The position numbers and the translations under genes were made by a program. From contig NW_024704743.1 in assembly GCF_018977255.1 (NCBI RefSeq), positions 81,284,001-81,348,000 on the forward strand: a stretch of 64,000 nucleotides of DNA. Direction: 5' to 3'. Position 1 is the stretch's first letter; each line of letters starts with the position of its first letter. The stretch is from Callorhinchus milii. Taxonomy: Eukaryota. The notes under the pieces were generated by a model. It saw nothing but the letters and a program-made list of their open reading frames with translations. It searched no databases and had not been told where the DNA came from. Positions 38,985 through 51,899 of this stretch are shown piece by piece.

Positions 38985-39390
38985 TCCCCCCTACCTACCT
39001 GCCCGTACCCTCCGTTCCTCTGGCTCCGGTCTGCTCCACGTCCCCCGCCCCAACCGCCCTACCATCGGTGGTCGGGCCTTCAGCCTCTCAGCCCCCAGGC
39101 TCTGGAACTCCATCCCCCAGTGCCTTCGCCGCCTCCTCCCTTTCCTCCTTCAAGGCCGGTCTCAAAACCTTTCTCTTTGACCGTGCCTTCAGCTCCCCTC
39201 TCAACTCTCTAACCCCTCCTCGACCCCTCCCTTCCCTCCGACCATTTCCCCCCTCCTCGCTCCCTCCCTTCCCTCCCCTCACCCTGACCATTTCCCCCCT
39301 GCTCGGGTCATGACCCAACTGTGCAGCGCCTTGGGACGTCCTCCTGACGTGAAAGGCGCTTTATAAATGGAATCTTGTTGTTGTTGTTGT
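38985..39390 (+). mobile_element. L2 3' fragment
   Basis: TIGGRAFS..SSFKAGLKTFLF; canonical hairpin and (TTG)n tail. Confidence 0.85.
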
Positions 39391-39396
39391 GTCAGC

Positions 39397-39780
39397 TTTC
39401 TCTCTCTCTGCTACTCTCTCTTACTTTTCCCTCTCTGACAACATTGTTCTTTCTCATAGGTTCTCTTTCTCTTTCAGTCTCTCTCTAGTCTGTCTGCCTG
39501 TGTCTCTGAATATCTTTCTCTCTCACTCTCTGAATCTCTCTCTCTGTCTGAATCTCTCTCTCTCTCTCTCTCTCTCTGAATCTCTCTCTCTCTCTGAATC
39601 TCTCTCTTTCTCTCTCTGAATCTCTCTCTCTCTCTCTCTGAATCTCTCTCTCTCTCTCTCTCTGAATTTCTCTCTCTCTCTCTGTGAATTTCTCTCTCTC
39701 TCTCTCTCTCTGAATTTCTCTCTCTCTCTCTCTCTCTGAATCTCTTTATTCTAGTTTCTCAAACTTTCTATCTCTCTGTT
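39397..39780. repeat. Compound (CT)n microsatellite punctuated by GAAT
   Basis: Direct reading. Confidence 0.95.
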
Positions 39781-41392
39781 GCCTTTGCTCTGTGACTTTT
39801 TTCTCTATCTTTAAAAACAAAAGAATTGCTAGACGAAAGCTGACCAAAGTTCATCCAGTTCGCTTTCCACCATCTCAGCAGTCGCTTGCACACGTCATGT
39901 CTCAAACTATATACTATATTGGCCCAGACAATACAGTTTATAATTTGTATACTGTTTGTATATACTGTATATACAGTACCTTTATAACTTTCTGACTCTT
40001 TTGTTTCTATTTGTACACTGCTAAATAAACACCTTCAAGCTACTAACAACCACAGGCCTCGTATTCTCTATTATTTCACAGCCCCCTCTACAGTGTTGTT
40101 AAGTGCACCTGGGGGTAGCTGCCATGTATATACTTCCTCCAATAAAGGGTTACAGGCTCAGGTGCAAAGGAGCTGTGCCTTGTGTTTCAATGAAAATCCA
40201 CCTAATATAAGTTTCACCAGACACTAGACAGTTTACATATGTTTTATATAATCCTGTTACATAATAAAAACAAACTGGAACGCATTTTTTTTGTAAGTCG
40301 AAGCCTTACTGACTTTCTGTGGGGTTTATAGGGGTTAACGTGTATGTATAGCTTGGCCTTGTTCCATAAGATGTTTGACAAACAAAGAGTTCTATAGAAA
40401 TCATAATTTCATTATCGAGGCAATGGAGCGGCTTCAGGATCACGTTTCAGACAATAGATTGATTTTTTACACGAAGAAGACATTCATTTTAGACCTTTTT
40501 CAAGATCACTCCTCAACCACTGCTTAATTTTGACCTCATTTGCTTGTTCCTTGTTATTTAAATCATTATAACACTTCTGCTATCTTTTCGTTCTGCTCAA
40601 AAGTGTTGTTCTGCTTTGTTTGGAGGTAGGATATGTATTGGAGGTGCGGTTATTCTGTGTTTGTCGATGCATTTACTGGTTCTGATAGTGCGTGTTTGTA
40701 ATAGAAATATCACTTCTATCTTTCTACTGTCAATGTCAGTCAGTTTGCCCACAAAGAGGGAATAATCCTTATAAAATCCACAGTCACAGGAGTGAAAACT
40801 CTGGCTATTCATCTCTTTCTATCTCTTGGGTGCTGAGGACAACTGTAATATCTCAGTCCTTTCTCATTCAAGATCAGTTAACCTACAGCTCAGATGGAAA
40901 AATTAAACCCAGGGCCTTTGAAGAGTATGTGATTTAATATCACACAAAGCATTCTCTTTATCAATTAAGCCATGAGGCGAAAAACAAACAATATATAGCT
41001 TTAATGAGAACCTAGAACAATACGTTCAGATATGTCAAGGCAGCAGAACAAGATTGCGAAAAGGTTCAGGGATGCAAAAGGGCAAAATTAGGACAGACAG
41101 CAGGAAGCATTTCTTCACACAACTAGATTATCTAGAATGATGGTTGAAACCAGGACCCTAGACTCCGTTACGAGTCAGCTTAATGCTGTATATGGGTACA
41201 TATATGGGTACATATACAGCTGTATAATATGGGATGCTGTATGATGATCGTATGGGTATTCTGGAAGGATGAGTCAAAAGGGCTCACTCACCAGAAGGAT
41301 TTTCTTTATTCAAACCTCTCTTGAAATCTTGTTATTTGAAAATAAGACGTGGATTTTATTATTGAACCCATATTGCTTTTATAACATTTCAG

Positions 41393-41539
41393 ATGGAAAG
41401 AAGAATGAAGTGATTGTTGGTGGAGGTACATCCTGGCACTGTTTCTACGAGCTCCTTCCTGATACTGAATACCGAATCAGTGTCCACTCTCAGCTGCGAG
41501 AAATTGAAGGCCCGGCCATCAACATACTGCACAGAACAT
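41393..41539 (+). CDS. COL14A1: COL14A1 exon, last FN3 second half
   Basis: ttcag|AT...ACAT|gtgtg; [49 protein letters not shown]; 147 nt. Confidence 0.93.
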
Positions 41540-42362
41540 GTGTGTAATAGCTTACCTTCCATCCCATTTCTTAAACTCTCTTTACGTTTATTTCACTTTT
41601 AGTTTAACCAAAATATGTTGGGCTGAATCAATGCAACATCTTCGGGACATCCTCCTGATATGAAAAACGCAATATAAGTGCAAATTGTGCAAAGTACTGT
41701 ATTGTATCTTGCTGATTTGAGGTGAAGGCACAAAACTGCCTTCAATCTTGAGTTATTTTTCAATGTGAGAGATTTTCTGCTCAGGTTTCAGTATGTGCAC
41801 ATTGGTTCAAAGGATTACCTTTCCTGGTGAAAGTGCAGTTGTATGTTGTGTGTGAGCATTATGCCATTTGATTTACTCCATTTTCCTCTCCCCATTAATA
41901 TTGTTAATGAACAATCAGTGCAGACATAGGAAAGCTTTGCTTTTTGTTGTGGTTTCTCTTTGTGCACATTGGAGGATTAGCTATACTTTGTCACTGTAGA
42001 TGCCAGGGTTCAGCTCCACATCATAGAGCAGAAGTGGAATGTCAATCCTCTACAGAACTACAAGCAGGGCAGCATGACAAGAGGTCCCAACACATAACCT
42101 GGTCCCGTACATTTATGCTTGGAATTTAATACCTGCTTCAGAATTCTGTATTCATCCAAAAGCTGTCCAATTCTGAGTGGTGAAGCTTCACATTATTCTT
42201 CTGCCTGTGCAATTCTATTCCTGATGGTCTCTTTGCCCGGAATGCAAATACAAGAATTATTATTATCTATCCTGCAAGTATTCAAGTTCAGAGTTGACTA
42301 TCATGCACCAAATGAAGTTGGGCAGCTGGAATATTATCTACAGACCCTATGTTTTAGCTCTT

Positions 42363-42682
42363 TAATAATAATAATAATAATCCTCGCATTTGATATAGCG
42401 CTTTTCACGTCGGGAGGACGTCCCAAAGCGCTTCACAGAACACACTGTAAAGTGAATTGACTGTATATTTGTGGGCGAACGCAGCAGCCAATTGTGCACA
42501 GCAATGTCCCACAAACAGTCATAGATTGAAAATGATCAATTTATTATTGTTTTTGGTTTTGGAGGGATTATTATTAGGCGTGTGGAGTAAGGAAACTTGC
42601 CCAAGGTTTCGCCCTGTCTGGAATTGAACTCAGGTCTCTCACTTGCGAAGCGAGTGCTCTAACCACTGAGCTACAGGACTCC
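42363..42682 (-). mobile_element. Full-length tRNA-derived SINE, short variant
   Basis: Reverse complement starts ggagtcctgtagctcagtggttagagcactcgcttcgcaagtgag and ends (ATT)n. Confidence 0.9.
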
Positions 42683-43612
42683 ATCCTGCCTGCTTCAGTA
42701 TTACCAATATATCATAAGGAATGTGTTATGAAAGTTTCAGTCCTGGCTGTACAAGGCTGGCTGTACCTGTCAATCAGTCTGGTTTCTGGCTCCCTGAGGC
42801 TATCACTGCTGTTCCACTGCCATCCTGAATTTTCACTCCAGAGCTGTTATTGAGGCAATATTGAGTTGCCAGCAGCAAAACAGTTGAAGAAACCAATTTT
42901 ATTTAATCATTTTCTTGATCTGCGGCATTTAAGTGCCTCTTTTAGGCCTAAAGACAGAGTTTTAAATTAAAAATTTCCTCCTCTGCCTCAACCAGACTAA
43001 TTTAAAAAAAACAGCTTGACGCTGTGGTGGGAAGATGTTAGGATGGGTATTCTGGAAGCGTGGGATCAAATGGACTCTTGTGTGATCTTGTGATGGTGCT
43101 GAAGCTGTGACGTGGAAATGTACTTCTATAAAAACTTGTGCCACTGGTTTAAACTTGCACTCAAGAAAATTTCCACTGCTGGTTACGATGTACGCATGCA
43201 CATAGTTAAAGACTTCTCTAATGCTTAAGCTAACTTTATTTCCAGGATCTCAGGACTAGTGAGGGTAAGCAGACAAGTGGTTTATTAGTATGCAACAATG
43301 CTATTACACTACTCTACTGTAGCTGTACTCTGCTGTAGTTGTATTGTACAATGCTTATTTTGCTTGGAATATAATACAATAAAATGTACATTTATACAGT
43401 GTCATTCAAGTCGGGAGGACAGCTCAAAGAGCTTTACACTGGTGGCAGGGTAACATTATTGGATTGTATTATTCCAAAATGTATGTATATATTTTTTATA
43501 TATACAAGGGGATGAAGAGTGCTATATAAATGCTAGTTGTTGTCATTGTGTGTATTGCACAGTTTTTAATTTAAATCACTTTTACCCACCTTGTACCTTT
43601 CTTCCACTTCAG

Positions 43613-43687
43613 TTTCTGTCCCCACTCAACCACCAACTAAACCAGCCACAACTCTACCTCCCCCAACAATCCCTCCTGCCCGTGAAG
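43613..43687 (+). CDS. COL14A1: COL14A1 exon, Pro/Thr-rich linker
   Basis: ttcag|TT...GAAG|gtaag; FSVPTQPPTKPATTLPPPTIPPARE; 75 nt, phase 1-1. Confidence 0.92.
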
Positions 43688-43942
43688 GTAAGACAAAGCA
43701 GACATTCTTGAGAAACAAAGAGGTTATTTCCAGTGGCTTTTGTTAATTTTCTGCATAAGTTTTATACAAGCTTTGAGTAAGAAATCTGCAAAATCGTGCC
43801 ATTTTTATACCATTTGATTTTAAATCTTAAATGGAGTGCAGTAGCAATAATTTTTAAAAAATTGCATTCCATGAAACTTGTACCTCTCACAGGATACTGC
43901 TATGCAATATCTAAACCTTTTCAAATGTTCCTTACCCTCCAG

Positions 43943-44082
43943 TTTGCAAAGCTGCCAAAGCTAACCTGGTATTCCTGGTGGATGGTTCGTGGAGTATTGG
44001 AGATGAAAACTTCATCAAAATCATCGGCTTTCTCTACAGTACTATAGGAGCTCTGGACAAGATTGGCCGTGAAGGAACTCAA
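43943..44082 (+). CDS. COL14A1: COL14A1 exon, vWA2 start with MIDAS DGSWS
   Basis: tccag|TT...CAA|gtaag; [47 protein letters not shown]; 140 nt. Confidence 0.95.
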
Positions 44083-44894
44083 GTAAGCCCAGTGTCACAA
44101 CCACACATAGCCTCTCACAACCAGGGCACCTTTTGAAAGCGGCTAACTTTTTCCAAGGGTGTCCTTGCTCTGATAATTCACTGATGGCCAGGATCATATT
44201 CTTTACTTACAACTGCTGTCTTACACTGCAGCAGGCGGTGATCACTTAGGAATATTTTAAAAGGAAATCTTTGCCTCCAATAGGTCCAAGTGACAACCTA
44301 TGAGATATCTACTGGAGCTATCTACTCTTGTGTCACTCCCATGGATCTGTTCCCATATCTTTTACTGTTGCTTTTCCTCAAATGCAGTATCAATTCTCCT
44401 GTTAAATGCTCTTGTGGACTTGGGTACAACATCCAACAGTGGGTATTCCATATTCTGAACAACCCTCTATGCAAAAAAAAATCTTCCAATTCCCCCTTTT
44501 ATTTTAGATGTCAGTTTGGCTCAGGTGGTAGCACTCTTTGGTTGTGAAGTGCTTTGAAACGTTTTGACATGATACTATTATTATAAATAATAATGTATGG
44601 TGACAATAATCCTAATGCGATCATTTAACATGAAATCAATATGAATGCATTATTTTATCATATCCATCATCAAATAACACCTAACATCAAATAAGGATTG
44701 ACCTTTAAGCAGTTGTCTATCACTCATTGACTTATTTGATAAATTTACTCTGAAAATACTGAAAATGTACGAGAAACCCAAGCCAAGTAAAAGAGAAATA
44801 TTTCTTGCTGGCTCCTCACTAAAATGTCAGGAATGATTTGTATAATGGTGTGTCAACACTTGATTATTAATCCTATTATTTGAAACTAACATAG

Positions 44895-45018
44895 GTGGCG
44901 ATAATTCAATTCAGTGACGATCCCAGGACAGAATTTCAGCTGAATGCATACAAAGACAAAGAGAACCTCCTTAATGCCATCCAGAACATACAGTACAAGG
45001 GGGGCAATACAAAGACAG
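44895..45018 (+). CDS. COL14A1: COL14A1 exon, vWA2
   Basis: catag|GTG...ACAG|gtatg; [41 protein letters not shown]; 124 nt. Confidence 0.95.
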
Positions 45019-45237
45019 GTATGTGAAGTACTTTGAGACGTCTTGAAGATGTGACAAGCTCTATATCAAATGTAAAGATTATTATTAAATTGGGGTATGG
45101 AGCTGTTCGATTAGTGCACCTGTAATTCCTTCTGCACTCATGTACAGTATCTACACAGTCTGTAAATTAGCTTCCAGTAATGAGTATTATTATACACAAA
45201 GGCTTTCCCAAATCAATCTGCGGTTTATGGTTTTTAG

Positions 45238-45381
45238 GCAAAGCAATCCAGCACGCCCGAGATTCTGTCTTCACGGTAGCAGCGGGGCTGCGGAGAGGAA
45301 TCCCGAGAGTCCTTGTTGTGATTACAGATGGACGGTCACAAGACGACGTGAACAAGATTTCCAAAGAGATGCAGCTTGATG
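45238..45381 (+). CDS. COL14A1: COL14A1 exon, vWA2
   Basis: tttag|GC...GATG|gtaat; [48 protein letters not shown]; 144 nt. Confidence 0.95.
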
Positions 45382-45439
45382 GTAATGAAGGGAAAGTGTT
45401 CAAACAGCTTGTGGTGGCTGTGACCATCTGATTTTTTTT

Positions 45440-45714
45440 ATTTGCAGAAACCCATGCTTAAGAGTATTTAGACCAGGCAGAGACCAATGCATGCCACCTA
45501 AACATGGGAATTCCTGTGTTTGGAATGGAATGTGCACGCTCCCCGAGGAATATGCATCCTGCTTACTTAATTCCAGAGAGTATTTGGTGCAGGTTGACGG
45601 GAGCCAAGGCTTGGTAACTCCAGATTGTACTTTTGGGTACAATGCTGTATAGCCTACCATTCTGTCTGACAAGCTTCCTGCTGCTTGTCCAGCTAGGGCC
45701 ACCTTACCTGTTAG
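45440..45714. repeat. Unclassified ~300-bp interspersed repeat
   Basis: Colinear with 51900-52204 and partly with 36352-36407. Confidence 0.75.
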
Positions 45715-46139
45715 TGCTGAAGAAATGTGGGTGGTCTGTGGCTTGTGTGGGAATAATTAGGAAGTTCAGCCATGAGGGCATTGGAAGAGTAGTATATATA
45801 TTTAATACATAATAACTTCAGCCCTTTCCACTTCCTACCGACTACTTTCCTGGTGGGTCTCAGTCTCTTGCTAAAAAAAATCTGGAACTCTGTTAATGCA
45901 CAACTGTAGCGAGTGTGTGAATTGAAATACTGAATGAATCTTGTACAAGCACAATATGTATTTCTAGAAAAAAAACTAAACTCCCTGGACATTTTCTAAT
46001 TGAACTTTTGTCTGGACAAACGCTGCAATGTTACTGCACTCCCTATTATTACTTCTTCCAAAGCACCTTGTTGTGGCAATGTGAAGAGAATAAGATACTA
46101 TTGACTGCCTATCAGCTCTTGGGCTGAGATAAACCTTTG

Positions 46140-46530
46140 TAATAATCATATTCCTGGCATATATCAAATGCAAGGATTATTATTATTTGAAATAGCATCT
46201 TATCCATCCTTAAAATGCCTCAAACAATTTACTGGAGTGACTATAGCATGGGCACATGCAGTAGCCAATTTGCATACAACAATATTGTATAAACAGGTAT
46301 AATATGAACGCCCAAATTTATCTGGGAAATTGAAATCAGCACAGTTATTCTCTTTTCGAATAGTGCCATGGGAATCTTTAACATCCCCCTGAACAGGAAA
46401 GTAGAACCTTGGTTTATTATCCCAGTATTTCACTTGAGTATCATCTTAGATTAGGAGCTTGGAGTCCTGACGTAGAATTTGAACTCACAGCCTTCTGACT
46501 GGTGGGAGTGCTAGCAACTGAGCCTGTCTA
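46140..46530 (-). mobile_element. Older Deu-type SINE
   Basis: tagtgccatgggaatctttaacatcc..gaactcacagccttctgact..gagtgcta. Confidence 0.6.
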
Positions 46531-46884
46531 CGTCTTCAGCATGAATGCCACCTATTTTTTTCCCTACAAATAGTGAATTGCAGTTTAAATAACATTGCCT
46601 GATATCAGCTCCATATTGTCGCAGACAGTAAAGCTCGTATTTGTCATCATTTTAATTACCCTTTGTCTCAAAACCTTAAAAACATTTTCCTCTTGCTGAG
46701 AGTTCATGATCCTTTTTGTTTCAACTGAGCATACATTTTTAAGCTGAAAAAATATTTTGCTTTTAATTTGTAGAAAGGGTCACTTCTGCACAGGAAGTCA
46801 ACAAGCTCAAACTGCTTTAAACATCATTAGTGTTTTTATTGCCTTTAATCAATCAAATGGCCATCTATCAAATTACCTTATTAC

Positions 46885-47130
46885 AGTTCCCTTGATAGTT
46901 CAGTGAGTCCCAAGTTTGATCCCTAATCTGTCCTGAATTAGCTGATGTCAGCCAAGGTAACATTAAGGGTGATATAATTGGGCTCTGGGTTAGGGAGGGG
47001 AAATATCAAACGGAAATGTTCTCCTGGTGGCTGTTCAGAGACCCTTGCTCGAAGGTCCACCTGTCCCAGTGGGATTGAACTTGACTGAGATGCCCTCACA
47101 ATCAAATTGTGCGACCCCACTGACTCCTAA
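46885..47130 (+). mobile_element. Highly diverged SINE-like repeat (related copies ~5550-5720 +, ~52410-52700 -)
   Basis: Shared words tga(a/g)ttagctgat, acaattggcct-like and ctcctg..cag(a/t)gac(c/t)c. Confidence 0.45.
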
Positions 47131-47485
47131 ATGGACATGAATAATGGTTATTGGGGACTGGAGAGTGATTGACACCCATGGAACGTCACCAGAGTGGAAA
47201 AGAAAATAGAGTCGGACACCTTCGGGAAAGGTTTGAGGTGGGGAGAGAGTTTGCAGAGAAACTCAGTGGAATTTTTTTTCCTTTTTGCTATATCTACTGA
47301 AGTATCAGGAAGCAATGTCATCACATTGATTATATAAGCTGTAAAAGTGTCACCTGCCCTATAAATGTCTTCTACAAATGTCATTACACTTTGCAGTAAA
47401 GTCTTGTGAAGCACTTTGTTTAGAGTGATGCGATAGACAGACATATAGATTAATACACTTTTCTGTTCCTGTTTCTTTTTTCTAG

Positions 47486-47650
47486 GTTACAGCATTTTTG
47501 CAATAGGTGTCGCTGATGCCGACTATTCTGAGCTTCTAAACATAGCTAGCAAGCCCAGCCGGCGGCATGCCTTCTTTGTGGACGATTTTGATGCCTTCAA
47601 GAAGATTGAAGATGAGCTTGTCACATTTGTCTGTGAAACTGCATCTGCCA
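47486..47650 (+). CDS. COL14A1: COL14A1 exon, vWA2 end
   Basis: tctag|GT...GCCA|gtaag; [55 protein letters not shown]; 165 nt. Confidence 0.95.
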
Positions 47651-47754
47651 GTAAGTCACTATCAACTGCCATTTCTAATCGCCTGTCAGGTTACGTGACG
47701 TCATCGTTTTGGGGGAGATGTTTCACCTGCGTCTAGATTTACTCTATTTATTTC

Positions 47755-48128
47755 AACTTCACGATCCTCACCCTCACATACAAATCCCTCAAGCCCTAGC
47801 GCCTCCCTTCCTACTTGTCTGAGCTCTGCTTCTAATCTTCTCCACTGCATCACTCAGCTAAAGCAAGCCTGCTGTGTGTCCCCTTGGTTTCACTGTTGGT
47901 GGCTGATCCTTCAGCCACTATGCCCCTAACCTGTGGTGCTCCCTGTGTCTATCTCTTTGATTCGCCACATCTCTATTGATCTTTATATTCCACCTTAAGA
48001 CCCATCTCTTTGACCGTGGTCACCTCCCCTTTCACCTTTGCTTGGCGTCCAACCCTGCCACTGTTCAATGCTCTTAAGACGTTATCGTACTAAAAAGTGC
48101 TATAAAAATGCAAGTTATTATTATTATA
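47755..48128 (+). mobile_element. Old L2 3' fragment
   Basis: gatcctcaccctcacatacaaatccctc..ttaagacccatctctttgacc..tgctataaaaatgcaag. Confidence 0.7.
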
Positions 48129-48715
48129 TTTTGGAATGTGTTGAAATTGGCAAATTATTGAATTCATTCTTAACTATGAAGCTGTTTTATTTAGTTCTTT
48201 AAAAAAAAGTATAGAAAAACAACTTTAAGATCAAGGCTTTATTTACATGTTTGCCAAATTATGGATGTTTTGAAATGCTCAGTCAATGGAATAAATGTAG
48301 ATCAGAATGGAATTTCTTTCCCATTATCTATTGAACTCACAACACCTAACAGACTTGTGCAATCAAGTGAGTAAGAAAGTGGAAGGGATGAAAATGACAT
48401 GGAACAAATTGGTGTTATTGCTAAACATACAAATCTTTTCTCTATGAAGTTTTTCATAATAAATACATAGCGACAAGATTATTGTTTTTACTACTTTGTG
48501 TAATATCACCACCTAAATCAACAAACATTATCTGTGCATATGGGAACTGGTTCATACTGACTGTATTTGTTTGTCCTTCCCCACTCTCGCTCCCACACCC
48601 AGCTGGTATTGTCAAATGCCTTGAGATATCCTCCCAATGTGAAAGGCGCTGTATAAGTGCCAATTGTATTGTAAGGCATTGTTACTGAAGTGTTCCTGTT
48701 TGTTTGTGTTTTCAG

Positions 48716-48754
48716 CTTGTCCTTTGGTTCTCCTGGGAGACAATAGCCTGTCAG
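48716..48754 (+). CDS. COL14A1: COL14A1 39-nt exon, vWA2-TSPN linker
   Basis: ttcag|CT...TCAG|gtgag; TCPLVLLGDNSLS; phase 1-1. Confidence 0.88.
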
Positions 48755-49245
48755 GTGAGGAAGTCACCATGTAGATCTCCTTGTGCTGAAAGTCGAGGGA
48801 AGACCTCATTTTGACGAGCACATTGGTGTTCTGCCATGCAATGTGTGTGGGGTGGTGGGGGGGGAGGAAGGAAACTGAGGCTCATACCTGAGATGACTCA
48901 TGCTCTGAATTTAACATCAGGCCCATGTGATCCAAAGGCATTGAGTGGAAGGCAGGTGAGAGTAAGTCAGTTGGAGCACTGGTACGCACCTCCTGTAATC
49001 TGGCTTCAGAGCTGCAATTACAGAGACTTGGATGCATCTTATTTGTCTGACCCACAAGCAATAGAAGGGCAACAGTGTCAGAGATTGGGATTAACCTTAA
49101 AAAAATTCTAAAATATACAACAGAAGATGATAAGAAGAATTACCTAACGATATTAATTGTATTATACTTAGAAACAAAATATTACCTGCTTGAAATATTT
49201 TCATTTCATTTTATGGTATCGAAGAACAATTTCTTATGTCCTCAG

Positions 49246-49384
49246 GGTTTAAGATGATGGAGATGTTTGGGCTGATGGAGAAGGAGTACGCTACTGTAGA
49301 AGGGGTTTCCATGGAACCTGGCTCTCTCAATAGCTTCCCTTGTTTCAGAATTCACAAAGACGCCCTTATAACACAGCCAACGAA
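49246..49384 (+). CDS. COL14A1: COL14A1 exon, TSPN domain
   Basis: ctcag|GG...ACGAA|gtagg; [46 protein letters not shown]; 139 nt, phase 1-2. Confidence 0.95.
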
Positions 49385-49964
49385 GTAGGTATCATAACCA
49401 CAGTTACAATTTCTAAAGGAAACTGCAATTCTGCATATTTATTGTGTATTAAAACTGATTTTTGATATGAGCATACTATGGCCAGTCTTCCCACATTGTA
49501 ACTGGTATTATTGCTGATTCTGGTATGTTATTTCCCACCCAGAAAGATTGACCCACAGAGGCTGAAAATTCCATGCATTACATAGCAAATGTTAAATTAG
49601 ATTTTGGGAATGCTTTTCAGATGAGGTGTCCAAATTTACCTGCCAAAGTATTGTGGGCCTGTTTGCATGTGTTTTCTGTAGAAATTTCTGTGCTATCCAA
49701 CAACAGGCCTTAAGTTACACTTATTCTAAATAGAAATACAGATCCTGCTGACTATAGATTAACCTGTTTTTGTCATGAAATGTCTGAATGCAATGTTGGA
49801 ATCAGCAGTACATCATATTTTAAGAATGTAAATCTGAGCTTTCCACGTACAATAAGAGCTCTTTTACAGTCTAACCTAACTAATTGCAATGCTTGTTGTT
49901 TTGGAATGTACTGAGTTTTATTATTTATTACCTGTGTACGTTTCACCCATTCTCTGAACAATAT

Positions 49965-50270
49965 TAATAATAATCCTTGCATTTGATATAGCGCTTTTCA
50001 CGTCTTCTCGACGTCTCAAAGCGCTTCACAGAATAGACTATAAAGTGAATTGACCGTATATTTGTGGGCGAAACGCGGCAGCCAATTGCGCACAGCAGTA
50101 TCCCACAAACAGTTGTGGATTGAAAATGACCAATTTATTATTGTTTTGTTTTGGAGGGATTATTATTAGGTGTGTGGAGTAAGGAAACTTGCCCAAGGTT
50201 TTGCCCTGCCTGGAATTGAACCCAGGTGTCTCGCTTGCAAAGCGAGTGCTCTAACCACTGAACTACAGGA
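49965..50270 (-). mobile_element. Full-length tRNA-derived SINE, short variant
   Basis: Reverse complement of the 52865 copy; B box gggttcaattcc. Confidence 0.9.
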
Positions 50271-50491
50271 ACAAAGTCCCTGTTGACTGTGTTTCGTGCA
50301 GTCATTCACACAAAAGAGATCATCCTCTTCTAGAATAAGTATGTTATTTTCAGTGCTGTCTAACAAATGAACTAAAAGGGTGACGAGCAACAATCTGTAT
50401 GCTCAGCATTTGGAAGTAAAGATGTTCGAGGTGAAGTTATTGTTGCTAATGTCAATGTGGAGTTTGCTAACCCTCCTGTTTCTTTGTCAAG

Positions 50492-50634
50492 GAGCATTCA
50501 TCCTGAAGGGCTGCCTTCTGATTACACTATGACTTTCCTCTTCCGGTTGCTGCCTGACACACCACAGGAACCTTTTGCCCTCTGGGAGATTCTAAACAAG
50601 GAAAATGAACCACTAGTTGGAGTTATTTTGGACA
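50492..50634 (+). CDS. COL14A1: COL14A1 exon, TSPN domain
   Basis: tcaag|G...GACA|gtaag; [48 protein letters not shown]; 143 nt, phase 2-1. Confidence 0.95.
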
Positions 50635-51461
50635 GTAAGTGCTTCATGGTTGCTTTACTATTCTGTTGTCTGCGGTAACAGGGCTAAAGAAGCAATATTA
50701 GCTAAGTTGATGGCACGGCACTAATTCATTGTAATTCATTGTAATTGTAAACTTCAGGTTTACAAATGACATTGTGGGATTTGCTATGAAATTCGATTTT
50801 TAAACCAAAAAAAAAGACAAATGGGAGAAAATCTGAAGCCTGAAAGTTTGAAAAGGCCATTTTGCAGCAAGTGTTTTGCTTTGCAACCGTTTGTCAGTTT
50901 TTGGGCCTTCTCTTGGCCAAGAAGATGCTCATCCACCCTCTGCTCCACCATTGGTGGTCGTGGTTTCAGCCATTATGACCCTAAGGTCTGCAATTCCCTA
51001 CCTCAATGCCTGTATCTCGCCTCCCCGTTACCTATCTTTAAATCCCACTTAAGACTGATCTCTTCAACTGCGTCTATGTTCACCTCCCCGTTGCTTGGCG
51101 TCCAACCATTCCCTGTACAGCAACCACTACAAGGCACTATCCTTCATGAAGGGCACTATATAAATGCAACTTGTTGTGCATGTTATACTCTGCACATATG
51201 CAGTGTATTCGGGGTGAGATTAGAGTTGTTTGGGAAATATTTAGCTTGCAGCACAGATTAGAAAGACAAGCTTTGAGAGAGGCTGCAGTGCAGCCAAAAC
51301 AAAGGTGCAAAATGTTCACAGATCACATAGTGGGCAGAGACACAGCGTGATACAAACATCAGCAGCCTGTCTGACTTCAGAAGGTTCTGATAATTGTTGC
51401 AGGCTGAAAAAACATAGGACTGTTATCTCAGTCTTAATTTTCAATTATTTGCTGTGTTTAG

Positions 51462-51571
51462 ATGGTGGAAAAACTCTCACTTATTTCAACTACGACTACA
51501 AGGGTGATTTCCAGACAGTCACTTTTGAGGGTCCTGACATCAAGAAAATTTTCTATGGAAGTTTCCACAAG
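51462..51571 (+). CDS. COL14A1: COL14A1 exon, TSPN domain
   Basis: tttag|AT...AAG|gtcag; [37 protein letters not shown]; 110 nt. Confidence 0.95.
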
Positions 51572-51899
51572 GTCAGTTTATACCGAAATAAAAATGTATA
51601 GGATTCTGTGTTAGAATTTCATTAGAGGGGTATTAAATTCAATGTGTCAGTTCTAATGGCTACCATGTGCACCTATTTTAGGTAAGTATCTGCCATTTGT
51701 GAGGGCAAAGTTTAATTCATATCAAGTACAAAAGTTGTACAATTTTCTAATGCATTGTTAAAAAGCAATACAGTATTTTTTTCTCTTGATGGGTTTCTGT
51801 GCAAGAATATTTTTCTCAATTTTTCTCCCAACTTCTCAGAGGTTGCTTTGTTGCAGAATTTTCAAGAGGCAGACAAAGTACAAGGGTTCCTACAGAATT

